Source of the DNA: an uncultured Acidobacteriota bacterium
GTDB taxonomy: Bacteria; Acidobacteriota; Thermoanaerobaculia; UBA5066; Gp7-AA6
Direction: 5' to 3'
DNA: 64,000 nucleotides
Assembly: GCA_963733815.1 (NCBI GenBank)
Contig: CAVTEG010000006.1
Location: 289,956 to 353,955 of the forward strand
Below the pieces are notes generated by a model. It did not search any database and was not told the origin of the DNA. It saw only the letters and a list, made by a program, of their open reading frames with translations. Position numbers and translations under genes: made by a program. Of this stretch, positions 17,944 to 26,560 are shown piece by piece; within the stretch, counting starts at the first letter, position 1; each line of letters starts with the position of its first letter.

Positions 17944-18903
17944 GTGAAAATATCCGGCCTCGACATGCCCCCCAAGCGGAAAAAGAAGGTCGAGCCGAAA
18001 TCGCGCGGCCTCTCCCCTTCCGACATCGGCGGCGGAGATCCGTCTCCGGCCGCGGCGGCGCTCGCGGCGTCGATCGAGAACGACGGGGGCGCCGCGCTCG
18101 CGGTCTATCGCGACCCTCTCGGCGGGCACTGGCAGATCCTGGCCTCGCTGCCGATCGACATCGTCGAGCCCACGCCGTTCCAGCGCGACCTCTCCGACAC
18201 CCACGTCAAACGGCTGACGGGCGTGATGGAAGCCCTGGATCGCTTTCTGGATCCGATCATCGCGGTGCGCAGCGAGGACGGTCGTTACTGGACTCCCAAC
18301 GGGAATCACCGGCTGGCGTCGCTGAAGAAACTCGGCGCGAAGTCCGTCGTGGCGCTGGTTCTGCCCGAGCCCGAAGTCGCCTACAAGATCCTGGCTCTCA
18401 ATACGGAAAAGGCGCACAACCTGCGCGAGAAATCCCTCGAGGTCGTGCGGATGGCGCGGGACCTCGCGGGCAAGGAATCGCTCGCCGAGAAGGACTACGC
18501 GCTCGAATTCGAGGAGGCCGCGTTCCTCACACTCGGGATGTGCTACGAGAAGAACGGCCGCTTCGCGGGCGGTGCGTACCACCCGGTCTTGAAGCGCGTG
18601 GACACGTTTCTCGCCAAGCCCCTGGCGGCCGCTCTCGAGGTTCGCACGAAGCGCTCCGACCGGCTGATGGAGCTCGAACAGGCCGTGGCCGAGGCGATGG
18701 CCGCGCTGAAGGCGCGCGGCTTCGAGAGCCCGTACCTGCGGGCGTTCGTGGTGGCGCGGATCAATCCCCTTCGATTCCAGCGCGGCGCCAAGGCCGAGTT
18801 CGACGAGACGATCGACAAGATGCTGGCGTCCGCGAAGAAGTTCAAGGCGGACTCCGTCAAGCCCGAGCAGCTCGCCCGGGCGGGCGGAGCGTCGGAGGAG
18901 TGA
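17944..18903 (+). CDS. ParB/Srx-fold N-terminal domain protein (ParB-like nuclease/CTPase fold), function unknown
   Basis: IVEPTPFQRDL...PNGNHRLASLKKLG resembles the ParB-like DGxHR motif region, with a helical C-terminus. The start could instead be the ATG at 17965. Confidence 0.7.
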   Translation: MKISGLDMPPKRKKKVEPKSRGLSPSDIGGGDPSPAAAALAASIENDGGAALAVYRDPLGGHWQILASLPIDIVEPTPFQRDLSDTHVKRLTGVMEALDRFLDPIIAVRSEDGRYWTPNGNHRLASLKKLGAKSVVALVLPEPEVAYKILALNTEKAHNLREKSLEVVRMARDLAGKESLAEKDYALEFEEAAFLTLGMCYEKNGRFAGGAYHPVLKRVDTFLAKPLAAALEVRTKRSDRLMELEQAVAEAMAALKARGFESPYLRAFVVARINPLRFQRGAKAEFDETIDKMLASAKKFKADSVKPEQLARAGGASEE

Positions 18904-18904
18904 G

Positions 18905-19708
18905 ATGCGCAATCGCTGGATCGCCGCCGCAGTCCTCGTCTCCACGGCAGCCGTGGGAGCCGCGAGCCCCGGCGCCCCCGACCTCGCCACCGCGAAGGTC
19001 GTGGACCTGACGCACACCTTCGACAAGACCACGATCTACTGGCCGACCTCGCCGTCGGCGTTCGAGTTGAAGCCCCTGGCGGACGGGCAGACTCCGGGAG
19101 GCTGGTTCTATCGGTCCAACGCCCTGTGCACGCCCGAGCACGGCGGCACGCACCTCGACGCTCCGAGCCACTTCGCGAAAGAAGGCCGTAGCGCCGACCA
19201 GATCCCTGTGCGGCAGCTCATCGCTCCGGCTGCCGTCCTCGACGTCCGCGCGGCGTCGTCGAAGGACCCGGACTATCGGCTCACTCTGGAGGACGTGAAG
19301 GCCTGGGAGAAGACGCACGGCCCCATTCCCGCCGGCGCGATCGTCCTGCTGCGAACCGGGTGGAGCTCTCGCTGGCCCGACCGGAAGAGCTACCTCGGCG
19401 ACGACACTCCGGGAGACGCGTCGAAGCTCCACTTCCCGTCCTACGGCAAAGAGGCGGCGGAGTACCTCGTGAAAGACCGCAAGGTATCCGCGATCGGCGT
19501 CGACACCGCTTCGATCGATTACGGCGCGTCGAAGGACTTCGTCGTGCACGTCGTCGCCAACGGCGCCAACGTCCCGGGGCTCGAGAACCTCGACCACCTC
19601 GAGGAGCTGCCGGAATGGGGCGCCTGGGTGGTCGCGCTGCCGATGAAGATCGGCGGGGGCTCCGGCGGCCCGCTGCGCATCGTCGCGCTGCTGCCGTCGG
19701 CCCCGTGA
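18905..19708 (+). CDS. Cyclase-family protein (kynurenine formamidase-like fold) with signal peptide
   Basis: CTPEHGGTHLDAPSHF...VLLRTGW...IGVDTASIDYG are motifs typical of the putative cyclase family. Confidence 0.8.
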   Translation: MRNRWIAAAVLVSTAAVGAASPGAPDLATAKVVDLTHTFDKTTIYWPTSPSAFELKPLADGQTPGGWFYRSNALCTPEHGGTHLDAPSHFAKEGRSADQIPVRQLIAPAAVLDVRAASSKDPDYRLTLEDVKAWEKTHGPIPAGAIVLLRTGWSSRWPDRKSYLGDDTPGDASKLHFPSYGKEAAEYLVKDRKVSAIGVDTASIDYGASKDFVVHVVANGANVPGLENLDHLEELPEWGAWVVALPMKIGGGSGGPLRIVALLPSAP

Positions 19709-20750
19709 TGGCCCGCCCGCACCCCTTCGGCCTCCACCGCTCTCTCGATCCCCCGGGCGTGCTGCCCCAGGCCGCGCGCCGGCTCGACGCCACGCCGCGC
19801 GCGCTCGAGAACGAGATCGCCGTGTCGGTGCGCGCGCTCTCGATCGACTCCGCGTCGTTCCGCCAGCTTCGCGAGACCGAAGCGGCGACGGCCGAGCCGG
19901 TTGGCGCCCAGATCGCCCGCATCGTCAAAGAACGCGGGAAGATGCAGAACCCCGTGACCGGCTCGGGGGGAATGCTGCTTGGCGAGGTCGCCGACGTCGG
20001 CGCCCGCCATCCCGCGGCCGGAACGCTCTCGCGGGGGACCGCATCGCCTCGCTCGTCTCGCTGACGCTGACGCCGCTCCAGCTCGAGACCGTGGGCGCCG
20101 TTCACATCGAGACCGAGCGTGTCGAGGTTGCGGGAACGGCGATCCTCTTCGAGCGCACGCTCTACGCGCGCCTGCCCCCGGATTTTGCCGAGGCCGTCGC
20201 GCTGGCCGCGTTCGACGTGGCCGGAGCCCCCGCCGCCGTGCTCCGCGACGCCCGCGCCGGCCAGACGGTAGTCGTCGTCGGCACCGGCAAGGCCGGGCTC
20301 TTGTGTCTCGCGGCCGCGCGCGAGGCCGTCGGAGCCAAGGGCCGCGTGCTCGCCGTCGAACCTTCCCCGCGCGCCGCCGAGCGCGCACGCTCGCTCGGAT
20401 TCGCCGACGAGGTGTTCGCGATCGACGCACGCGATCCGGTCGCGATGCTGTCGGCCGTCGAGGCCGCAACGTCCGGCGCACTCGCCGACCTCGTCGTCAA
20501 CGTCGCGAACGCGCCGGGCACCGAAGCCGCCAGCGTTCTCTGCGCGCGCGACGACGGCGCCGTCCTCTACTTCGGGATGGCGACGTCGTTTTCGGCCGCG
20601 GCGCTCGGCGCCGAAGGCCTGGCCAAGCCCACGCGCCTGTGGATCGGTAACGGCTTCGTTCCGGGCCACGACGAGACGGCGCTGGCGCTGCTCCGCCGAC
20701 ATCCCTCGCTGTCGGCCGCGTTCGCGTCGCTCGCGGGGCCCGGCCGGTGA
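19708..20750 (+). pseudogene. kdd: L-erythro-3,5-diaminohexanoate dehydrogenase, interrupted by a 1-nt frameshift at a G5 run
   Basis: The N-terminal part (ORF 19360..20064 tail) reads ..SIDSASFRQL..ERGKMQNPVTGSGGMLLG... It continues in another frame as GDRIASLVSLTLTPLQLE..VVVVGTGKAGLL.. (ORF 20091..20750). Reading G5 at 20043-20047 as G6 restores a 347-aa Kdd. Confidence 0.85.
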
Positions 20751-21652
20751 GCGCCGCCGGGGCGCTGGCCGCGCGGCTCTACGCGTCCAGGGCCCGGCGT
20801 GTCGCGTTTCTCGGCCTCGCCAAGAACGTCGGCAAGACGACCGCGCTGGTCTCCGTCCTCGCGGAGCTTCACCGCATGGGTGTCGCCGCCGGGACGACCT
20901 CGGCCGGGCGCGACGGCGAAGCGTTCGACGCCATCACCGGCGAGCCCAAGCCCCGCTTCCGGGTCTGGCCCGGGCAATTCGTCGCCTCAGCCGAGTCCAC
21001 ATTCGCCGCCGCTTCGTTCCCAACGACCGAAGTCGCGACCCTTTCTTTCCCCACTCGATTCGGTCCGGTCCAGCTGCGCCGCTCCGAAGGAGAGGGAGAG
21101 ATCGAGCTGATCGGACCGTCGACGGCCGCGCAGATGGACCGGTCGGCCGCGGCCCTCGAGGCCGCCGGCGCCGAGATCGTGCTGCTCGACGGAGCGATCG
21201 GACGCCGGGCCTTCGCCGGCGCGCGCGTCGCCGATGCGGTCGTACTCTGCGTCGGAATGGCTGCCGGCGCGACGATCGAGGCGGTTCTCGCCGCGACGCG
21301 CGGAGCGCTGGAGGTCCTGCGGCTCAAGGCACCCCGGGAGGACGCATCGATCACGTCCCGCGAGGGCGCCGTGACCGACGTCTCGCTGCGCGAACGGCCG
21401 CCGTCGCCCGGCCAGACGCTCGTCGCCGAGGATTTCACGTCGATCTTCCTGACGCTCGAGGAGCGCCGCGCCCTGCGCGAGCGGGGCGTCTTGCTGGCCG
21501 TCCGGAAGCCCGCCCGGTTGCTGGCAGTGACCGCGAACCCCACGGCTCCCGCGCGTCCGCCGGTCCCCCCCGCACGATTCTTCGAGGCGCTCGTCGCCGA
21601 GGCGTCCGGCACCCCGGTCTACGACCTGGAGGCTGACTTCGAGTCAGACTGA
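20747..21652 (+). CDS. P-loop protein; candidate aminomutase accessory/reactivase-type ATPase (KamC-like?)
   Basis: Walker A GLAKNVGKTT. Located between kdd and kamD with a GTGA overlap. Family assignment is by position only. Confidence 0.5.
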   Translation: MSAAGALAARLYASRARRVAFLGLAKNVGKTTALVSVLAELHRMGVAAGTTSAGRDGEAFDAITGEPKPRFRVWPGQFVASAESTFAAASFPTTEVATLSFPTRFGPVQLRRSEGEGEIELIGPSTAAQMDRSAAALEAAGAEIVLLDGAIGRRAFAGARVADAVVLCVGMAAGATIEAVLAATRGALEVLRLKAPREDASITSREGAVTDVSLRERPPSPGQTLVAEDFTSIFLTLEERRALRERGVLLAVRKPARLLAVTANPTAPARPPVPPARFFEALVAEASGTPVYDLEADFESD

Positions 21653-21679
21653 GGCGGCTCTCGTATACTTTTCGCGCCC

Positions 21680-23233
21680 ATGTCCGGAAAACTCGACCTG
21701 CCCGCCTCCGAGATCGAGCGCTGCCGGGCGCTGGCGCGGACGGTCGCCGAGGGTGTGCGCGCGGAGACCGAGCGGTACACGACGGTTTCCACGGAACGGA
21801 CGGTCCTGCGCCTTCTCGGCGTGGACGGCGTCGACGGCGACGACGTGCCGCTCCCCAATCGCATCGTCGATGCGCTGCAGAGGGCCGGCCGGCTGTCGCA
21901 GGGCGCGGCCGTCTGGATGGGCAGCGCGATGGCGGGAGGCGCAGCCGACCCCGCGGACGCCGCGCGGCGGCTGACCGAGTCCGGCGGGAGCCTGCCGGAG
22001 CATCCGCGCTGGCGGGAAGCCATCGCCCCGCTCGTCGAGCGTGGCCTCGCGAGAATCCGGGCCAACCGCGCCGAGCGGGAACGCCGCCTCGCGGCGTATC
22101 CGCCGGATGAGCTGCCGCTGCTCTACGCCATCGTGGCCACCGGAAACATCCACGAGGACGTGGTCCAGGCGACGGCGGCCGCCCGCGCGGGGGCCCAGTG
22201 CATCGCCGTCATCCGCTCGACGGCGCAGTCCCTGCTCGACCACGTGCCCTACGGCGCGACGACCTCGGGTTTCGGCGGCACGTACGCGACTCAGGAGAAC
22301 TTCCGGCTGATGCGCGCCGCGCTCGATGCTCTGGAGCCCGAGATCGGCCGCTACGTCCGGCTCGTCAACTACTGCTCGGGCCTCTGCATGCCCGAGATCG
22401 CGGCGATGGGGGCGTTCGAACGGCTCGACATGATGTTGAACGACGCCCTCTACGGAATCATCTTCCGCGACATCAATCCCATGCGGACGCTGATCGACCA
22501 GAACTTCTCCCGACGCATCAACGCGGTCGCCGGCGTCGTCATCAACACCGGCGAGGACAACTATCTGACGACGGCCGACGCCGTCGAGCAGGCGCCGGCG
22601 GTCCTGGCTTCCCAATTCATCAACGAGCGGCTGGCCAGAGATGCGGGACTGGAGACCTGGCAGATCGGCTTGGGCCACGCCTTCGAGATCGACCCGGAGC
22701 TCGAGGACGGCCTGCTTTACGAGATCGCGCAGGCCGAGGCCGCGCGGGAAATCTTCCCCGACGCTCCCCTGAAGTACATGCCGCCGACCAAGCACATGAC
22801 CGGCAACGTCTTCCGCGGGTACCAGCAGAATGCGCTCTTCGTGCTGACCTCGGTGGCTACCCGTCAGTCGATTCACCTGCTCGGCATGCTGACCGAGGCT
22901 CTCCACACGCCTTTCCTTCACGACCGCTGGCTCGCCATCGAGCAGGCGAAGACGATCCGGACCAACGCCCGGCACCTCGCCGACGAGATTGCGTTCCGCC
23001 CCGACGGGAGGATCGTCCGGCGCGCGCGCGAGGTTTTGACCGGTGCAGGACGGATCCTCGAGCGCGTGGCCGAGCGGGGTCTCTTCCCGGCGCTGGCCGA
23101 CGGCGTCTTCGCCGACACCCGAAGGCCGAAAGATCGCGGCCGCGGATTCGAGGGCGTGGTCGCGCGCGACGCCGATTACGCGAACCCCTTCATGGAGGCG
23201 TGGAGCGCGGCGCCCGCCGGGGCGCGGTCGTGA
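21680..23233 (+). CDS. kamD: Lysine 5,6-aminomutase alpha subunit
   Basis: 517 aa. ..[62 protein letters not shown].. is characteristic of KamD. Confidence 0.92.
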   Translation: MSGKLDLPASEIERCRALARTVAEGVRAETERYTTVSTERTVLRLLGVDGVDGDDVPLPNRIVDALQRAGRLSQGAAVWMGSAMAGGAADPADAARRLTESGGSLPEHPRWREAIAPLVERGLARIRANRAERERRLAAYPPDELPLLYAIVATGNIHEDVVQATAAARAGAQCIAVIRSTAQSLLDHVPYGATTSGFGGTYATQENFRLMRAALDALEPEIGRYVRLVNYCSGLCMPEIAAMGAFERLDMMLNDALYGIIFRDINPMRTLIDQNFSRRINAVAGVVINTGEDNYLTTADAVEQAPAVLASQFINERLARDAGLETWQIGLGHAFEIDPELEDGLLYEIAQAEAAREIFPDAPLKYMPPTKHMTGNVFRGYQQNALFVLTSVATRQSIHLLGMLTEALHTPFLHDRWLAIEQAKTIRTNARHLADEIAFRPDGRIVRRAREVLTGAGRILERVAERGLFPALADGVFADTRRPKDRGRGFEGVVARDADYANPFMEAWSAAPAGARS

Positions 23234-23985
23234 CCGCGCCCCGCACCGTCCGCCCGTACGGCGACAAGAAGAACGACGGCGCCGTCCAGCTCTCCTTCAC
23301 GCTTCCGGTCGCCAAGTCCGCCGCCGCGGTCGAGGCCGCAAAGCGCTGGGTCTCCCAGATGGGCGTGCGCGAGCCTTACGTCACGCTCGCGGAGGCGATC
23401 GCTCCGGAGTTCACGTACTTCGTGGTCTACGGACGGGCGACGCACGAAGTCGACCTCTCCGCCATCGCCGTCGAGGAGGCTCCCTCCGCCAGCCTCGACC
23501 GCGAGGCGATCGACGCGGAGATCGCGCGGCGCTTCGGCCGGAGGCTGATCGTGCTGGGCTGCGCGCTGGAGTCCGACGCGCACACGGTGGGCCTCGACGC
23601 GATCTTCAACATGAAGGGCTTCGCCGGGGATTACGGCCTCGAGCGCTACCACGGGTTCGACGCCCGGAATCTCGGAGCGCAGGTGCCGGTCGCCGAGGTG
23701 GCCCGGCAGGTTCGCGTCACGGGAGCGGATGCGGTCCTGGTTTCGGCGACGGTGACGCAGAACGAGATCCACATCCGCCACATGACCGACCTCGTGGACA
23801 TGCTGGAAGCCGAGCGACTGCGCGACCGTGTCGTCCTCGTCGCGGGAGGCGCCCGGGTCGACCACGCGTTGGCCAAAGAGCTCGGGTACGACGCCGGGTT
23901 CGGTCCCGGCACCAGGCCTTCGCGTGTCGCCGCCTTCCTCCTCGAGGAAATCTCGCGGCGCCACGGAGTCGGGAACCCCGCGTGA
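23230..23985 (+). CDS. kamE: Lysine 5,6-aminomutase beta subunit (B12/PLP-binding)
   Basis: GTG at 23230 overlaps the kamD stop. [20 protein letters not shown]...[14 protein letters not shown] (DxHxxG cobalamin motif). Confidence 0.9.
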   Translation: MTAPRTVRPYGDKKNDGAVQLSFTLPVAKSAAAVEAAKRWVSQMGVREPYVTLAEAIAPEFTYFVVYGRATHEVDLSAIAVEEAPSASLDREAIDAEIARRFGRRLIVLGCALESDAHTVGLDAIFNMKGFAGDYGLERYHGFDARNLGAQVPVAEVARQVRVTGADAVLVSATVTQNEIHIRHMTDLVDMLEAERLRDRVVLVAGGARVDHALAKELGYDAGFGPGTRPSRVAAFLLEEISRRHGVGNPA

Positions 23986-24365
23986 GCGACCGCGTCCTGC
24001 TGCGGCTGCGCGTCGGCGCCGAGCACGCGCACTACGGCGGCGGTCTCGTCGACGGGGCGTTCGTTCTGAAGCTCTTCGGCGACGCCGCGACGGAGCTCCT
24101 CATCCGGCGCGACGGAGACGAGGGCCTCTTCCGCGCATACTCGTCGGTGGATTTCCTGGCGCCGGTCCACGGCGGCGACTACCTCGAGGTCGAGGCCGAG
24201 CTGACCCGCGTCGGGAAGACGTCCCGCGAGCTGCGGTTCGAGGCGCGAAAGGTGATCGCGCCGCTCGAGGGGTCGGCGGCCCGGGTCCTCGAGCCTCCCC
24301 AGGTCGTCGCGCGGGCCGTCGGCACCTGCGTCGTCCCGCTCGAAAAGCAGCGGGGCCGCGGATGA
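23982..24365 (+). CDS. kal: 3-aminobutyryl-CoA ammonia-lyase (hotdog fold)
   Basis: 127 aa; the GTG overlaps the kamE stop. [23 protein letters not shown]...[16 protein letters not shown]. Confidence 0.82.
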   Translation: MSDRVLLRLRVGAEHAHYGGGLVDGAFVLKLFGDAATELLIRRDGDEGLFRAYSSVDFLAPVHGGDYLEVEAELTRVGKTSRELRFEARKVIAPLEGSAARVLEPPQVVARAVGTCVVPLEKQRGRG

Positions 24366-25187
24366 GCGACGAGCTCCTGATCACCGTGGCCGGCGTGGGC
24401 GCCGAGGTCACCCGGGAGCAGCAGCCGAACCTTCCGCTCCTGCCGGACGAAGTCGGCGAGGAGTACCGTCGCGCGTGCGACGCCGGCGCCACGATCGGCC
24501 ACATCCACGGACGCCTCCCCGACGGAAGGCCCACGCAGGACCGGGAGACCTTCCGCGCCTACTCCGCCGCGATCCGCCAGCGCTGCCCGATCCTCCAGCA
24601 GTTCTCCACCGGCGGCGCCGTCGGGATGACTGTCGAGGAGCGCATCGCCGCCGTGGATCTGAAGCCCGACATGGCGACGTTGACGCTGGGGACCTGCAAC
24701 TTCGGCGACGACGTCTTCGAGAATTCCCTTCCGACGATCCGAGCGATCCTGTCGCGGCTGCAGCAGCATGGCATTACACCCGAGCTGGAGATCTTCGACG
24801 ACGGAATGCTCGCGACCGCCGACGTGCTCTTCGCGAAGGGACTCCTGAAACCGCCGGCGCACTTCGATTTCGTGCTGGGCGTTCCGGGAGCCGCCGCGGC
24901 CACCGCCGAGAACCTGACGCACTTCGCGCGCTCGATCCCGGCCGGCTGCACCTGGACCGTCGCCGGCATCGGGCGACGCCAGACCGCGATGGCCACGATG
25001 GCGATCGCGATGGGCGGGCACGTCCGCGTCGGTTTCGAAGACAACATCTACTACCGCAAGGGAGAGCTGCGCGGACTCCAACGCCCGCTTCGTCGAGCGC
25101 GTGGTCCGCATCGCCCGGGAGGTGGGACGGGAGCCCGCCTCGATCGCGCAGGCCCGCGCGATCCTGCGCCTCCCCGCCGCGGCTTGA
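24362..25187 (+). pseudogene. kce: 3-keto-5-aminohexanoate cleavage enzyme (BKACE/DUF849), with an apparent +1 frameshift near 25070
   Basis: [41 protein letters not shown], then the conserved C-terminus ADSNARFVERVVRIAREVGREPASIAQARAILRL* lies in the next frame (stop 25185-25187). Without correction the ORF runs on into the permease. Confidence 0.85.
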
Positions 25188-26560
25188 GCGCGGAGCCGGG
25201 GCCCGAGGCGCCCGAGCTCTCCAGGGGCCTCGGGCTCTGGGATACGAGCCTGCTCGTCCTGGGCCTCGCCATCGGCGGCGGCATCTTCCTGGTGCCGACC
25301 TCGATCGCGAAAGCGGTGCCATCCGAGCCGGGGATCCTCGCCCTCTGGATCGTCGGCGGGCTCCTCGCCATCGCGGGCGGCCTCGTGTATGCCGAGATGG
25401 GCGCGATGCTGCCACGGGCCGGCGGCATGTACGTCTACTTCCGAGAGGCCTTTGGTGAGCTGCCGGCCTTCCTCTACGCGTGGGTCGCCTTCTGGATCAT
25501 CATCATCGGGTCCGATGCCGCCGTCGCCGTCGGATTCTCGACCTACCTCGCCGTTTTCTTTCCGTCGCTCGGCAACGACCACGTCCTCGCGGCTCTGGGT
25601 CCCGTCACCATCTCGGCCGGCCAGCTGGTCGCCGTGGCGCTCACCCTGATCCTGTCGGCAACGCACTACGTCGGCGTTCGCGAGGGAGCCCGGATCCAGG
25701 GCGCCTTCACTGCCCTCATCGTGATCGCCCTGGCCGCCATGGTGCTGGGCGGCCTTTTCGGCTCGGCGCCGGCCGCGGCACGCGCGCCGATCGCCGGGGC
25801 GCCCCCGATCGTTCTCGCGGCGGTCGGCACCGCGCTCATCGGCGTTTTCTGGACCTTTTACGGATGGAACGAAATCGTCGCCGTCGCGGGAGAGGTCGCC
25901 AACCCGAAGCGCAATCTTCCCGTCGCGCTCATCCTCGGAGTCGGTCTGCTGACGCTGCTCTACGTCGGCGTCAACGCGGCCTTCCTCAAGGTGATTCCGG
26001 CCGTCGAGATGGCTTCGACGGAACAGCCCGGCACCGTCGCGGCGACGCGGCTCTTCGGGCCCGGCGCCGGCCTGCTCGTCGCTCTCGCGATCACCGCGGC
26101 GGCGGTCGGCTGCACGTCGGCGGGCCTTGTCCCGGCGCCGCGCGTCGTGTACGCGCTTGCCAAGGACGGGCTCTTTCCGAAGGCCTTCGCCCGCGTCCAT
26201 CCCCGATTCCGGACGCCCTCCTTCGCCATCGTCGTGCAAGCGATCTGGATGTCGCTGCTCTGCCTGTCGGGCCGGTACGAGCAGCTCTACACCTACGCGA
26301 CCTTCTTCGTGATCCTCGCGTATGCCGCAACGGGCATCGCGCTCTTCGTCTTCCGGCGCCGACATCCGGACTTGCCCCGTCCGTATCGCTGCTGGGGGTA
26401 CCCGGTCGTGCCGTTCGTCTTCGTCGTGAGCTCGGTCCTCCTCGCGGTCAACACGGTGCGCGAGCAGCCGAAGGAGACGCTCGCCGGAATCGGGATCCTG
26501 CTGCTCGGCCTGCCTGTCTACTTGCTGATGCGCCGAAAGGCCGGGGGGAAGCTGACATGA
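25184..26560 (+). CDS. APC-family amino acid permease (paralog of 7324..8645)
   Basis: A TTG at 25184 overlaps the corrected kce stop (TTGA). LWDTSLLVLGLAIGGGIFLVPTS... About 12 hydrophobic helices. Start codon uncertain. Confidence 0.82.
   Translation: MSAEPGPEAPELSRGLGLWDTSLLVLGLAIGGGIFLVPTSIAKAVPSEPGILALWIVGGLLAIAGGLVYAEMGAMLPRAGGMYVYFREAFGELPAFLYAWVAFWIIIIGSDAAVAVGFSTYLAVFFPSLGNDHVLAALGPVTISAGQLVAVALTLILSATHYVGVREGARIQGAFTALIVIALAAMVLGGLFGSAPAAARAPIAGAPPIVLAAVGTALIGVFWTFYGWNEIVAVAGEVANPKRNLPVALILGVGLLTLLYVGVNAAFLKVIPAVEMASTEQPGTVAATRLFGPGAGLLVALAITAAAVGCTSAGLVPAPRVVYALAKDGLFPKAFARVHPRFRTPSFAIVVQAIWMSLLCLSGRYEQLYTYATFFVILAYAATGIALFVFRRRHPDLPRPYRCWGYPVVPFVFVVSSVLLAVNTVREQPKETLAGIGILLLGLPVYLLMRRKAGGKLT

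Noticed and set aside
24362-26560. Apparent Kce-permease fusion protein
   Set aside because: The linker (RGLQRPLRRARGPHRPGGGTGARLDRAGPRDPAPPRRG) is nonsense. The authentic Kce C-terminus and stop are present in the +1 frame. It is treated as a frameshift artefact, not a fusion.
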